Below, piece by piece: positions 48,983 to 58,077 of a DNA stretch of 64,000 bases. The notes under the pieces are model-generated. The model worked only from the letters and a program-made list of their open reading frames with translations, made no database searches and had not been told where the DNA came from. The translations under genes and the position numbers were made by a program. The stretch spans positions 78-64,077 of the forward strand of contig DATISB010000011.1 in NCBI GenBank assembly GCA_035469145.1, given 5' to 3'. Source of the DNA: Pseudolabrys sp. (GTDB lineage: Bacteria; Pseudomonadota; Alphaproteobacteria; Rhizobiales; Xanthobacteraceae). Position 1 is the first letter of the stretch; every line of letters begins with the position of its first letter.

Positions 48983-50353
48983 ATGGCTCGTGACCAGATC
49001 GACATGACTCCGATTGAGACGCGCGACGAACTCGTCGCCTGGCTCGAAGCGGGCTGTAAGCCGAAGGCGCAATTCCGCGTCGGCACCGAGCACGAGAAAT
49101 TTGCTTTCACCGTGCAGGGCCACCGGCCGGTGCCCTATGCCGGCCCGTGCAGCATCCGCGCTTTGCTCGAAGGCATGCACGACCTGCTCGGCTGGGACCC
49201 GATCATGGAGGCCGACAACATCATCGGTATGTTCGACGTCACCCACGGCGGCGCTATTTCGCTGGAGCCGGGCGGGCAGTTCGAGCTCTCCGGGGCGCCG
49301 GTGGAGACTGTGCACCAGACCGCCTCCGAGCTGATGGCGCATCTGGCGCAGGTGCGCGAGGTGGCGAAGCCCTTAGGCATCGGTTTCCTCGGCATGGGCA
49401 TGACGCCGAACTGGACCCGCGCCGACATGCCGATGATGCCGAAAGGCCGCTACCGCATCATGACGAACTACATGCCGAAGGTGGGCACGCTCGGCCTCGA
49501 CATGATGTACCGCACCTGCACCGTGCAGGCGAACCTCGACTTCGCGAGCGAAGCTGACATGGTGAAGAAGCTGCGCGTAGCGCTGGCACTGCAGCCGGTG
49601 GCGACCGCGCTGTTCGCCAATTCGCCGTTCACCGAAGGCAAGCCGAACGGATTTCTCTCGTTCCGCTCGCAAATCTGGACCGACACCGACAACGATCGCT
49701 CCGGCATGCTGCCCTGGGCGTTCGAAGACGGCATGGGCTTCGAGCGTTGGGTCGATTATGCGCTCGGCGTGCCGATGTATTTCATCAAGCGCGGCGATAA
49801 ATATATCGACGTCGCCGGCAAGTCGTTCCGCGATTTCTTCGCCGGCAAGCTGACCGAACTGCCGGGCGAACGGCCGACCATTTCCGACTGGGCTAACCAC
49901 CTGAGCACGATTTTCCCCGAGGTGCGTCTCAAGCGCTATCTCGAAATGCGCGGCGCCGACGGCGGGCCATGGCGGCGGCTGCCCTCGCTAACGGCCTATT
50001 GGGTAGGGCTGCTGTACGACGACGATGCGCTCGCCGCCTGCTGGGACATGGTCAAGAGCTGGAGTGCGGCCGAGCGGCAAAAGCTGCGCGACGACGTGCC
50101 CAAGCTCGGCTTCCAGGCCGAGATCCGCGGCCGCAATGTGTTCACGCTGGCGCAGGAGACGCTACGCTTTGCGACGCGCGGGCTGGCGCGCCGCAAATAT
50201 CTCGACCGCAATGGCCGCGACGAGACGCGCTATCTGCGCCCGCTCGAAGAGAGCATTGCGCGCGGCATCACGCCGGCGGAGGAATTGCTGGAGAAATTCC
50301 GAGGGCCGTGGAAGGACTCGATCGAGCCGATTTTCGAGGAATATGCGTATTAA
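48983..50353 (+). CDS. gshA: Glutamate--cysteine ligase
   Basis: GTEHEKF, SLEPGGQFELSG, MPKGRY, QANLD, FPEVRLKRYLEMRGAD. Confidence 0.95.
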   Translation: MARDQIDMTPIETRDELVAWLEAGCKPKAQFRVGTEHEKFAFTVQGHRPVPYAGPCSIRALLEGMHDLLGWDPIMEADNIIGMFDVTHGGAISLEPGGQFELSGAPVETVHQTASELMAHLAQVREVAKPLGIGFLGMGMTPNWTRADMPMMPKGRYRIMTNYMPKVGTLGLDMMYRTCTVQANLDFASEADMVKKLRVALALQPVATALFANSPFTEGKPNGFLSFRSQIWTDTDNDRSGMLPWAFEDGMGFERWVDYALGVPMYFIKRGDKYIDVAGKSFRDFFAGKLTELPGERPTISDWANHLSTIFPEVRLKRYLEMRGADGGPWRRLPSLTAYWVGLLYDDDALAACWDMVKSWSAAERQKLRDDVPKLGFQAEIRGRNVFTLAQETLRFATRGLARRKYLDRNGRDETRYLRPLEESIARGITPAEELLEKFRGPWKDSIEPIFEEYAY

Positions 50354-50357
50354 ATAA

Positions 50358-51236
50358 TTATTCCGCCGCCTGCGCTTCCGACAGGTTATCGAGCGATGAG
50401 ACGATGTGCTCGGCCAGCGCGTTGGCGAGTGTCGAGCCTTCATGCGCGTTGCGCACCAGGCCGATGCGGCAGCTCGGCAATTCCGGAAAACCTTCCGCCG
50501 CGGTGAGCACGCGCATGCCCGGTCGCAATCCGGACTCCGGCAATACCGACACCGCGAGACCGGCGAGTACGGCGGCGGCCACCGCGCCGGCGTTCGAGCT
50601 CGAATAGAGCACGCGATAGGGGCGGCCGACTTTTTCCATCCGTTCGATGGCGACGCGCCGCCATGAGCAGGTCGGCCGGCCCAGCGCCAGCGGCAGACGC
50701 TCCTCAAGATGGGTCGGATGCCGGTTCGAGGTCACCCACAGCAGCCGTTCGCGCCGGAAGGTTTCGGAGGCGCGCTTGCTCTCGCAATTGGTGACGATGG
50801 CGAGATCAATCTCGTTGGCGTCGATGCGCTCGAGCAGGTCCACGGTCGGCTCGCAGATCACGGTGAGTTCGACGCCGGGATAGACGCGCGAGAAGCGCGC
50901 CATGATCTCGGGTAGATAGCGGTCGGCATAATCGTCGGGCACGCCGAGCCGCACGCGGCCGGACAATTCGGCGTCGGAGAATGCGGCGAGCGTTTCGACG
51001 TTGAGCTTGACGATGCGGCGCGCGTAATCAAGCAGGCGCTGGCCGTCCTCGGTGAGCTTGGAGGCGCGGCCCTCGCGCGCGAAGATCGGCCGCTCCAGCC
51101 GCTCTTCCAATCGCTTCATCTGCATCGACACCGCCGACTGGGTCTTGTTCACCACCTCGGCCGCCTTAGTGAAGCTGCCGGTCTCGGTGATGGCTATGAA
51201 AGTGCGCAATTGGTCGACGTCTATCAGCGCGGTCAT
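50358..51236 (-). CDS. LysR family regulator (LrhA/PecT-like)
   Basis: GSFTKAA...TQSAVSMQMKRLE HTH; RLGVPDDYA. Confidence 0.92.
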   Translation of the reverse strand: MTALIDVDQLRTFIAITETGSFTKAAEVVNKTQSAVSMQMKRLEERLERPIFAREGRASKLTEDGQRLLDYARRIVKLNVETLAAFSDAELSGRVRLGVPDDYADRYLPEIMARFSRVYPGVELTVICEPTVDLLERIDANEIDLAIVTNCESKRASETFRRERLLWVTSNRHPTHLEERLPLALGRPTCSWRRVAIERMEKVGRPYRVLYSSSNAGAVAAAVLAGLAVSVLPESGLRPGMRVLTAAEGFPELPSCRIGLVRNAHEGSTLANALAEHIVSSLDNLSEAQAAE

Positions 51237-51281
51237 GGCGGATATCCTTGCGAGGCGGGCTTTTTAAGCTGGCCGTATCAT

Positions 51282-51296
51282 ATCATAAACTCTGAT
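51282..51296. promoter_or_regulatory. LysR-type T-N11-A box
   Basis: ATCA-TAAACTC-TGAT in the AT-rich divergent region between lysR and the DUF1127 gene. Confidence 0.55.
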
Positions 51297-51447
51297 TGTT
51301 CAGATTAAAAACATTCGTTTAACTAATCAATCCCCGCGGTGCAATATATCCACGCTACCAGAGGAATCGGGTGGGGATTTCGGGTGGTTCCGGTGCAGGT
51401 AAAGGCCGAATTTGGCCCCTCAAACCACGAATTGAATGGAGACTGAC

Positions 51448-51798
51448 ATGAGCGCAAATATCCCCGTTTTACCGATCGCCGGCGGCACCTTGGTGCGCGT
51501 CTTGCTCGCGCTTGTGGCGCTGGTGACGTCCTGGCTGAAACGCTTCTTGCGCGCCCGCCAGAACCGGCGCCAAGCCGCCGTGCTCGCCGGTCTCGACCGC
51601 CACATGCTGGCCGATATCGGCATCACCCGCGCCGATCTGCGCGACGCGTTCTCCGAGCCGTTCTGGGACGACCCGACCGCGCTATTGCGCGAACGCGCCA
51701 TCGAGCGGCGCATGGGTTTCCACATGCGGCGCGCCGTCGCGCTGGAGAACGGTTTCCGTCGACCGCCGACCGATCGCCCGGCCCGCCAGGCAATCTGA
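51448..51798 (+). CDS. DUF1127 domain protein
   Basis: RQNRRQAAVLAGLDRHMLADIGITRADL signature; GGAG RBS. Confidence 0.88.
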   Translation: MSANIPVLPIAGGTLVRVLLALVALVTSWLKRFLRARQNRRQAAVLAGLDRHMLADIGITRADLRDAFSEPFWDDPTALLRERAIERRMGFHMRRAVALENGFRRPPTDRPARQAI

Positions 51799-51807
51799 AT
51801 TTAACAA

Positions 51808-51912
51808 AACGGCCGAGCCCTCTCGTCGGCCGCTCGATCCGGGACCCGTGATCATCCCCTCTCGCGGCCGGATCTCAGCGCCCGCCGGCCCCTCCGGCGG
51901 GCGCATTCTTTA
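51808..51912 (+). ncRNA. Candidate cuckoo/alpha-r14-like sRNA; last hairpin may be an intrinsic terminator
   Basis: Three consecutive hairpins with C/U-rich loops, followed by a U-rich tail. Confidence 0.5.
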
Positions 51913-52006
51913 TTTAGGGAGAATTTCTGCGCGAACACGCCGGCAGGTGCGCTAGCATGCGGTCAAGGCTAGACTTCACGGCAATTCCCGAGCCAAGCGG
52001 GCGCGC

Positions 52007-52549
52007 ATGCGGTATACGGTCAGTCTATGGGGCGTGCTTGCGCTGATCGTCCTGGCGGCGGCCGGCCCGGCGAAGGCGCAGTCCGGGTACGACCGCCGCG
52101 ACGGCGACTACCTGAACTTCCAGATCCGCAACGGCGACCCGGCCGTCTGCGCCTCCCGCTGCGAGCGCGACGCGCACTGCCACGCCTGGAGCTTCTCCTA
52201 TCCGCGTACGGCCAATACGCTTGCCACCTGCTGGCTGAAGAACAAGGTGCCGCCGCGCCTGGAGGATAAATGCTGCGTGTCGGGCGTGCGCGGCGCCGGC
52301 GTGATCGAGCCGCGGCGCGGTCCGATCGAATATTCCATCGATCGCATCGGCGGCGACTATCGCTATTTCGAGGTCGCGGCCAATCCGTCCGGCGCCGCTT
52401 GCAAGGTGGCCTGCGAGGCCGAGAACAAATGCCGCGCTTGGACCTATGTACGGGCCGGCTACATTACTCCGTTCCCGCGCTGCTATCTAAAGGACAGGAT
52501 CACCCCGCCACGGCACAAGCCGTGCTGCATTTCGGGCGTGGTGAAGTAA
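52007..52549 (+). CDS. Secreted protein with two PAN/apple domains
   Basis: Signal peptide and two repeats of DR.GDY...C...C.....C.AW......C.LK......CC.SGV. Confidence 0.85.
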   Translation: MRYTVSLWGVLALIVLAAAGPAKAQSGYDRRDGDYLNFQIRNGDPAVCASRCERDAHCHAWSFSYPRTANTLATCWLKNKVPPRLEDKCCVSGVRGAGVIEPRRGPIEYSIDRIGGDYRYFEVAANPSGAACKVACEAENKCRAWTYVRAGYITPFPRCYLKDRITPPRHKPCCISGVVK

Positions 52550-52555
52550 CCACTA

Positions 52556-53317
52556 TCACTGCACAGAACTGAAAAATCGCGACAGCCGTAATACTGAGGC
52601 CCACGTCCACACCGGCTGGCTTTTGAGCCCTAAGTCCCAGGACCCGACGATCCCGTCCACGCGTCCGACCAGGTTGGCCACCGGCAATAGTCCGACGCCG
52701 CCTTCGCGCACCGGCACGCGGCTGTCGGCTGAGTTGTCGCGGTTGTCGCCCATGACGAACAGGTGATCCGGCGGAACGACCGTCTCCGCCATGTGGTCGC
52801 GCGGATTGTCTGTCGTGAGCTTGAATATCATATGCTGGCGCGGCCCCGGCAGAGTTTCCGTGAAACGCGCGGCCGGCGCGCGCGTGCCATCCTCGTTTTC
52901 CACCTGGCCGGTGCCGTCCGGTTGCAGGGCGGCGGCTTCACCGTTGATCCACACCTGCCCATCGCGCAGCGCGACACGGTCGCCGGGCAGGCCGATGACG
53001 CGCTTGACCCAGATTTGCGAACGATCGCCCGGCCAGCGGAACACGACGATGTCGCCGCGGCGCGGCAGGGCGCCGATGATATGCGATGTGCTGGGCAGAA
53101 CGATGAAGGCGGGCAGCGAGGCGGAGCCGTAACCGTAAGGGTATTTCGTCGCCAGCAATTCATCGCCGATCAGCAGTGTCGGCTCCATCGAGCCGGACGG
53201 CACATAGAACGGCTCGGCGATCGCGGCTTTCGCCACAAACGCGGCGAGCAGTATGCCGACGAGTTCGACGATCGATCGCAACAGGCCGGTCTTGCGTGCG
53301 GGTCGCTGCGCCATCAT
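52556..53317 (-). CDS. lepB: Signal peptidase I
   Basis: VPSGSMEPTL, VKRVIGLPGD, MGDNRDNSADSR. Confidence 0.93.
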   Translation of the reverse strand: MMAQRPARKTGLLRSIVELVGILLAAFVAKAAIAEPFYVPSGSMEPTLLIGDELLATKYPYGYGSASLPAFIVLPSTSHIIGALPRRGDIVVFRWPGDRSQIWVKRVIGLPGDRVALRDGQVWINGEAAALQPDGTGQVENEDGTRAPAARFTETLPGPRQHMIFKLTTDNPRDHMAETVVPPDHLFVMGDNRDNSADSRVPVREGGVGLLPVANLVGRVDGIVGSWDLGLKSQPVWTWASVLRLSRFFSSVQ

Positions 53318-53320
53318 TGT

Positions 53321-54742
53321 TTAGCCAGTCCCGCCCACGGTGATCCGATCCATGCGCAGCGTCGGCTGGCCGACGCCGACCGGCACGCCCTGGCCGTTCT
53401 TGCCGCAGGTGCCGATGCCCGGATCGAGCGCGAAGTCGTTGCCGATCATGCTGATGCGATGCAGGTCGGTCGGGCCGTTGCCGATCAGCATGGCGCCTTT
53501 CACCGGCGCGGTGACTTTGCCGTTCTCGATCTTGTAGGCCTCGGTGCATTGGAACACGTATTTACCCGAGGTGATATCGACCTGGCCGCCGCCGAAGCTC
53601 ACCGCATAGAGGCCGTTTTTCACCGAGGCGATGATTTCTTGTCGATCGTGCTGGCCGGCCAGCATGGCGGTGTTGGTCATGCGCGGCATCGGCATATGGG
53701 CGTGGCTTTCGCGCCGTCCGTTGCCGGTCGGCTTCATGTTCATCAGTCGCGCATTCTGCCGGTCCTGCATATAGCCGACCAGGATGCCGTCCTCGATCAG
53801 CACGGTGCGGTTGGTTGGCGTGCCTTCGTCGTCGATCGACAACGAGCCGCGCCGCGCGGCCAGCGTGCCGTCGTCGATCACGGTGACGCCCTGGGCTGCG
53901 ACCTGCTGACCCATCAGTCCGGCAAACGCAGACGTCTTTTTGCGATTGAAATCGCCTTCCAGTCCGTGGCCGACCGCTTCATGCAGCATCACGCCGGGCC
54001 AGCCGGAGCCGAGCACCACGTCCATCTCGCCGGCGGGCGCTGCCACCGCGCCGAGATTGACCAGCGCCTGGCGTACGGCTTCGTCGACCGCGCTCTGCCA
54101 GGCATGGGTCTCGATGAAGCGCTGATAGCCCTCGCGCCCGCCGACCCCGTAGCTGCCGGATTCTTGCCGGTCGCCGTCGCCGACGACTGCGGAAACGTTC
54201 AGCCGTACCAGCGGGCGGATATCGCGATAGGTCTCGCCGTCGGCGCGTAAGATTTCCACCACCTGCCAGGTGGCGGCGACGCTAGCGGTCACCTGCCGCA
54301 CACGCGGGTCCTTGGCGCGGGCATAGGCATCGATCGACTCCAGCAGTTTCACTTTGGCGTCGAAGGCCGGCGCACCGAGCGGATTCTCGTCACCATAAAG
54401 CTTGCGGTTGGTGCGGCTGGGCGGCTCGGCATATTTGCCGCTGTGCCCGCCTTTCACCCCCCGCACCGCCTCGGCGGCGCGGGCGAGCGCGGCTTCCGAC
54501 ACGTCGGAGGCATGTGCATAGCCGACCGCCTCGTCCTTCACCGCGCGCAGGCCGAAACCCTGCGAGGTGTCATAGCTCGCCTGCTTGAGCCGGCCGTTGT
54601 CGAAGGTCAGCGCCTCGGCCTGCTTGTATTCCAGGAACAGCTCGCCGTCGTCGGCGCCGTTCAGGCTGCTCCCGATCAATTGGCGCACCTTGCTGCGGTC
54701 GAGCCCGGCGCGGTCGATCAGGGAGGAAATGGTTGGGTCCAT
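53321..54742 (-). CDS. tldD: Metalloprotease TldD
   Basis: HEAVGHGLEGDFNRK, SIDDEG, PRMTNT, CGKNGQGVPVGVGQP. Confidence 0.95.
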   Translation of the reverse strand: MDPTISSLIDRAGLDRSKVRQLIGSSLNGADDGELFLEYKQAEALTFDNGRLKQASYDTSQGFGLRAVKDEAVGYAHASDVSEAALARAAEAVRGVKGGHSGKYAEPPSRTNRKLYGDENPLGAPAFDAKVKLLESIDAYARAKDPRVRQVTASVAATWQVVEILRADGETYRDIRPLVRLNVSAVVGDGDRQESGSYGVGGREGYQRFIETHAWQSAVDEAVRQALVNLGAVAAPAGEMDVVLGSGWPGVMLHEAVGHGLEGDFNRKKTSAFAGLMGQQVAAQGVTVIDDGTLAARRGSLSIDDEGTPTNRTVLIEDGILVGYMQDRQNARLMNMKPTGNGRRESHAHMPMPRMTNTAMLAGQHDRQEIIASVKNGLYAVSFGGGQVDITSGKYVFQCTEAYKIENGKVTAPVKGAMLIGNGPTDLHRISMIGNDFALDPGIGTCGKNGQGVPVGVGQPTLRMDRITVGGTG

Positions 54743-54867
54743 GAAACTGTCTCCGGTGGCGCCTTCACGCCATCAGATAAGGCGTCTGTGGCGATTCTGC
54801 GAGGGCACGACTGGACCGCGCTGCCGCCGGCTGGCTTAGTATGCCGCAACCGTAACGGAGGCTGCCC

Positions 54868-55794
54868 ATGAAGGCGATGCTGCTGATGAATCACGGTGGG
54901 CCGGAGATGCTGCGCTATGGCGAGGCGCCGGACCCCGTCGCCGGCCCGGGTGAGGTAGTTGTGGATATTCACGCGGCCAGCGTCAACGGCGCCGATCCCA
55001 AGGTGCGGCGGGGGAATGGCCGATACAAGCTGAGCCAATTTCCTCACATCATGGGCCGCGACTTCGCGGGCGTGGTCAGCGCTGTAGGCGCGGGAGTCAC
55101 CGATTTCAAAGTCGGGGATGCCGTCTTTGGCGTGACCGACCAAGGTATTGAAGGCGCCTATGCGGAAAAGATCGCCATCAAGGCCGCGATCGTCGCCAAG
55201 AAGCCCGCTTCGCTAAGCCATGCCGAGGCTGCCGCCCTGGGACTCATCAGCCTCACCGCACTCACGGCCATCGAAGATACCGCGCACCTTAAAGCGGGTC
55301 AGACCGTACTGATCCAGGGCGGCGCCGGTGGCGTCGCCGGATTTGCCGTGCAATTCGCGAAGTACCTGGGCGCTACGGTGATCACGACCGCCAGCGCCGG
55401 TAATCACGCCTATGTCCGCAGCCTCGGCGCCGACCGTGTGATCGATTACAACACGCAAGATTTCACCACCATTGGTCCGATCTGCGACGTGGTGTTCGAC
55501 ACCGTCGGCGGTAATGTCCGCGCCGGCTGCTACGCGGTGCTAAAACCCGGCGGGAAACTGGTGTGGATCGCGCCGGCGCCGGACGGCTTCAAGCCGCCGC
55601 GCGACGATGTCCAGACCCTGCGTCCAGAAGTCAAACGCGACCGCGCTCATCTCGAGCGACTGCTGGCGCTGCTGGAAGCCGGCGCGGTGCGGCCGCCCAC
55701 GATCGTCCGCTACAAGCTTGCCGATGCGGCGCAAGCACACCGCGTCAGTGAAGCGCGCCATCTGCAAGGCAAGCTGATATTGGAAGTTCGTTGA
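54868..55794 (+). CDS. NADP-dependent quinone oxidoreductase-like protein (MDR family)
   Basis: AASVN, GRDFAG, GGAGGVAG, VIDY, GKLIL. Confidence 0.88.
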   Translation: MKAMLLMNHGGPEMLRYGEAPDPVAGPGEVVVDIHAASVNGADPKVRRGNGRYKLSQFPHIMGRDFAGVVSAVGAGVTDFKVGDAVFGVTDQGIEGAYAEKIAIKAAIVAKKPASLSHAEAAALGLISLTALTAIEDTAHLKAGQTVLIQGGAGGVAGFAVQFAKYLGATVITTASAGNHAYVRSLGADRVIDYNTQDFTTIGPICDVVFDTVGGNVRAGCYAVLKPGGKLVWIAPAPDGFKPPRDDVQTLRPEVKRDRAHLERLLALLEAGAVRPPTIVRYKLADAAQAHRVSEARHLQGKLILEVR

Positions 55795-55812
55795 TCCGCT
55801 GCGCCGCGCCGT

Positions 55813-56520
55813 TCACGCCCACGAAAAACGCACCGATACCTCGCCGATCGGATCGAGCGCGTGGGTAATGGCGTTTTCGTCGCGTTCAATCATGAGCGGA
55901 GGGGTGATCGATCCGGTAATGATGACATCTCCGTCCGAAAGCCTCTCGCCAAAGGCTGCGAGAGTGTTCGCAACGGTCGCGACGATATCGATCAGCTTGC
56001 CGGTGAGTGCTTCCGGGTCCGTGGTGCGTGCCGCCTCGGCTCCGCGCCGGATCAGACGCGAGGTAAGCCCAGCAACGCTGCCCCCCGGCCGCGTATTCTC
56101 ACCCAGTATGACGTGACGCTGATAAATGTCGCCGGCGAGCACCTGGTCGAGATTATTCGGTTCCGGCGCCAGATCGAGATCGGCGATTTCGATGGCCGGC
56201 GATATTTCCTTGATCGTCGCGATCACGGCGTCCGAAGACGCGTCAGGGCCAAGCCCACTGCCCATGCGCACGCAGATTTCCGGCTCTGCGACCGGCTTGA
56301 TATAGCCTGCAAGAGACAGCGTACTGCCGGATGCGAGCAAAGCGCGCTGCATCAGGAAGCCGACCAGCGGCGTTTGCAGCCCAAGTCTCTGCATGCTGGC
56401 GGGCGCCCCCATACCGACTTTCCAGCCCAGCGGCTTCTCGCCTGCCGCGATACGTGCACGCCGGTTCGCAAGCTGCGCGGTCATGCCCTTCGCGATGAGC
56501 GGATTGGTCAAGCCAATCAT
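55813..56520 (-). CDS. FAH-superfamily hydratase/decarboxylase (MhpD-like)
   Basis: GWKVG, AEPEI, PAIEIAD, GDVIITGSIT. Confidence 0.75.
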   Translation of the reverse strand: MIGLTNPLIAKGMTAQLANRRARIAAGEKPLGWKVGMGAPASMQRLGLQTPLVGFLMQRALLASGSTLSLAGYIKPVAEPEICVRMGSGLGPDASSDAVIATIKEISPAIEIADLDLAPEPNNLDQVLAGDIYQRHVILGENTRPGGSVAGLTSRLIRRGAEAARTTDPEALTGKLIDIVATVANTLAAFGERLSDGDVIITGSITPPLMIERDENAITHALDPIGEVSVRFSWA

Positions 56521-57005
56521 TTGTGGCTTTCGGGATGCACTTCGTAGCCAGAGTCTTCGATCGAGCCGGCGCCCATCCAGCCCCACACCAACACCACGTC
56601 TTCATCCGAGGTGTTGTTGAAGCCATGCCAGCAGCCGCGCGGCGAATAAACCACGTCGCCTTCGCTCGATGGCTTGTCGCCGGTGTCGGTGTAGATCATG
56701 CCGTGGCCCTTGAGCACGATGAAGAACTCGTCGCAATTATGATGGCGATGGTTTTCGTGGCGCGCGCCCGGCTTAAGCACTGTCCAGCCGACGACGTGGT
56801 CGGCGCCAGCAGATTTCTTGTCGATCAGAAACTGCACCTGCATGTCGACCCAGCCGTCGTCGCGCTTAAGGCCTTCCACTTTCGGCACGTCGCGCAAGTT
56901 GGTGCGGTACATGACCAGGTCTTTCTGTCCTTCCTTCATGACGGCGGCCGCACCTTTCATCGCTTTGGCGAGCGCGGACCCGAATTTCTCAGCTTGCGAT
57001 GTCAT
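56517..57005 (-). CDS. Cupin domain protein
   Basis: HRHHNCDEFFIVLKG and PRGCWHGF; intact His/His/Glu/His metal site. Confidence 0.82.
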   Translation of the reverse strand: MTSQAEKFGSALAKAMKGAAAVMKEGQKDLVMYRTNLRDVPKVEGLKRDDGWVDMQVQFLIDKKSAGADHVVGWTVLKPGARHENHRHHNCDEFFIVLKGHGMIYTDTGDKPSSEGDVVYSPRGCWHGFNNTSDEDVVLVWGWMGAGSIEDSGYEVHPESHK

Positions 57006-57021
57006 GCTTGTCCTCCAAGAC

Positions 57022-57903
57022 TCATTCTTGCCCGCCAAGCCGGCGATAGACGCGATGTGCGACCACGAAATCGTTGCCGTCGATGCCGAGTCCACGGCAG
57101 GCGTTCATCATTTCATTGGCGGCTGCGGCCAGTGGCAGCGGACTGCCGAGTGTGCGGCCGAGATTGAGCGCCAGCAGCATGTCCTTCTGCTGCAAGGTGA
57201 CGTCGGCGAGCGGTACCTCCGGCATCTTACCCTCGAGGATGAACGGCCCGCGATAGCCCAGCACCGGCGACGCCGCGACGCTCTTGAGGATAGCGTCGAG
57301 CGCGACCGCGCGGTCGACGCCGCCCTTTTCGGCGAGTGCGACCGCTTCGCCGAAACAAATCACCTCGACCATCAGCAGCAGATTGACTGCGATCTTCATC
57401 TGGCAGGCGAGCCCGTTGCCGCCGATGCGCGTCACTTTCGGCCCGATCACCAGCAGCACCGGCTTGATGCGCTCGTAGGCGGCCTCGTCGCCGCCGACCA
57501 TGATCGAGGCATTGCCTTGCACGACGGTGACCGGGCTGCCCGAGAGCGGGCCGTCCAGCATGATCGATCCGGCCTTGGCGAATTCGGCCGCCACGCTGCG
57601 GCTTTCATCTGGCTCGATCGTGCTCATGTCGATATAGATGCCGCCTTTGGCGAGGCCGGCGATGATGCCGTCTTTACCCAGCGCGACCGTCTTCACTGCA
57701 TTGGCGTCGGTGACGATGGAGAAGACGATTTCGGATTTTTTCGCAACCGCGCATGGCGTATCGGCCCAGGCCATTCCGGCTTTGATGAGCGGCTCAGCCT
57801 TGACGCGCGATCGATTCCAGCCGGTCACTCGATGCCCGGCATTCATCAGGCGTGGGACAATCAATTGTCCCATCGCTCCAAGACCGATGAAACCGATATT
57901 CAC
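57022..57903 (-). CDS. Beta-hydroxyacid dehydrogenase (3-hydroxyisobutyrate dehydrogenase/GarR family)
   Basis: GFIGLGAMG, DMSTI, DGPLSG, MKIAVN catalytic Lys, QKD. Confidence 0.9.
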   Translation of the reverse strand: MNIGFIGLGAMGQLIVPRLMNAGHRVTGWNRSRVKAEPLIKAGMAWADTPCAVAKKSEIVFSIVTDANAVKTVALGKDGIIAGLAKGGIYIDMSTIEPDESRSVAAEFAKAGSIMLDGPLSGSPVTVVQGNASIMVGGDEAAYERIKPVLLVIGPKVTRIGGNGLACQMKIAVNLLLMVEVICFGEAVALAEKGGVDRAVALDAILKSVAASPVLGYRGPFILEGKMPEVPLADVTLQQKDMLLALNLGRTLGSPLPLAAAANEMMNACRGLGIDGNDFVVAHRVYRRLGGQE

Positions 57904-57947
57904 GTTGACTCTCCCGGCGTCATCACCCGCCTAGCCTACGCAACAGT

Positions 57948-57983
57948 AAAGACATGGATGGCCGGCACAAGGCCGGCCATAAC
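57948..57983. repeat. REP-like hairpin (partial element)
   Basis: aaagacatggatggccggcacaaggccggccataac; GC-rich stem. Confidence 0.5.
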
Positions 57984-58077
57984 CGAAGAGCCACGACAGA
58001 AGCAAGACGACAATGCGTAATACATTGCCCAACGGCGTGGGCAATCGTCGGTGTGGGAGCGCGTCCCTGCCGAGCCG

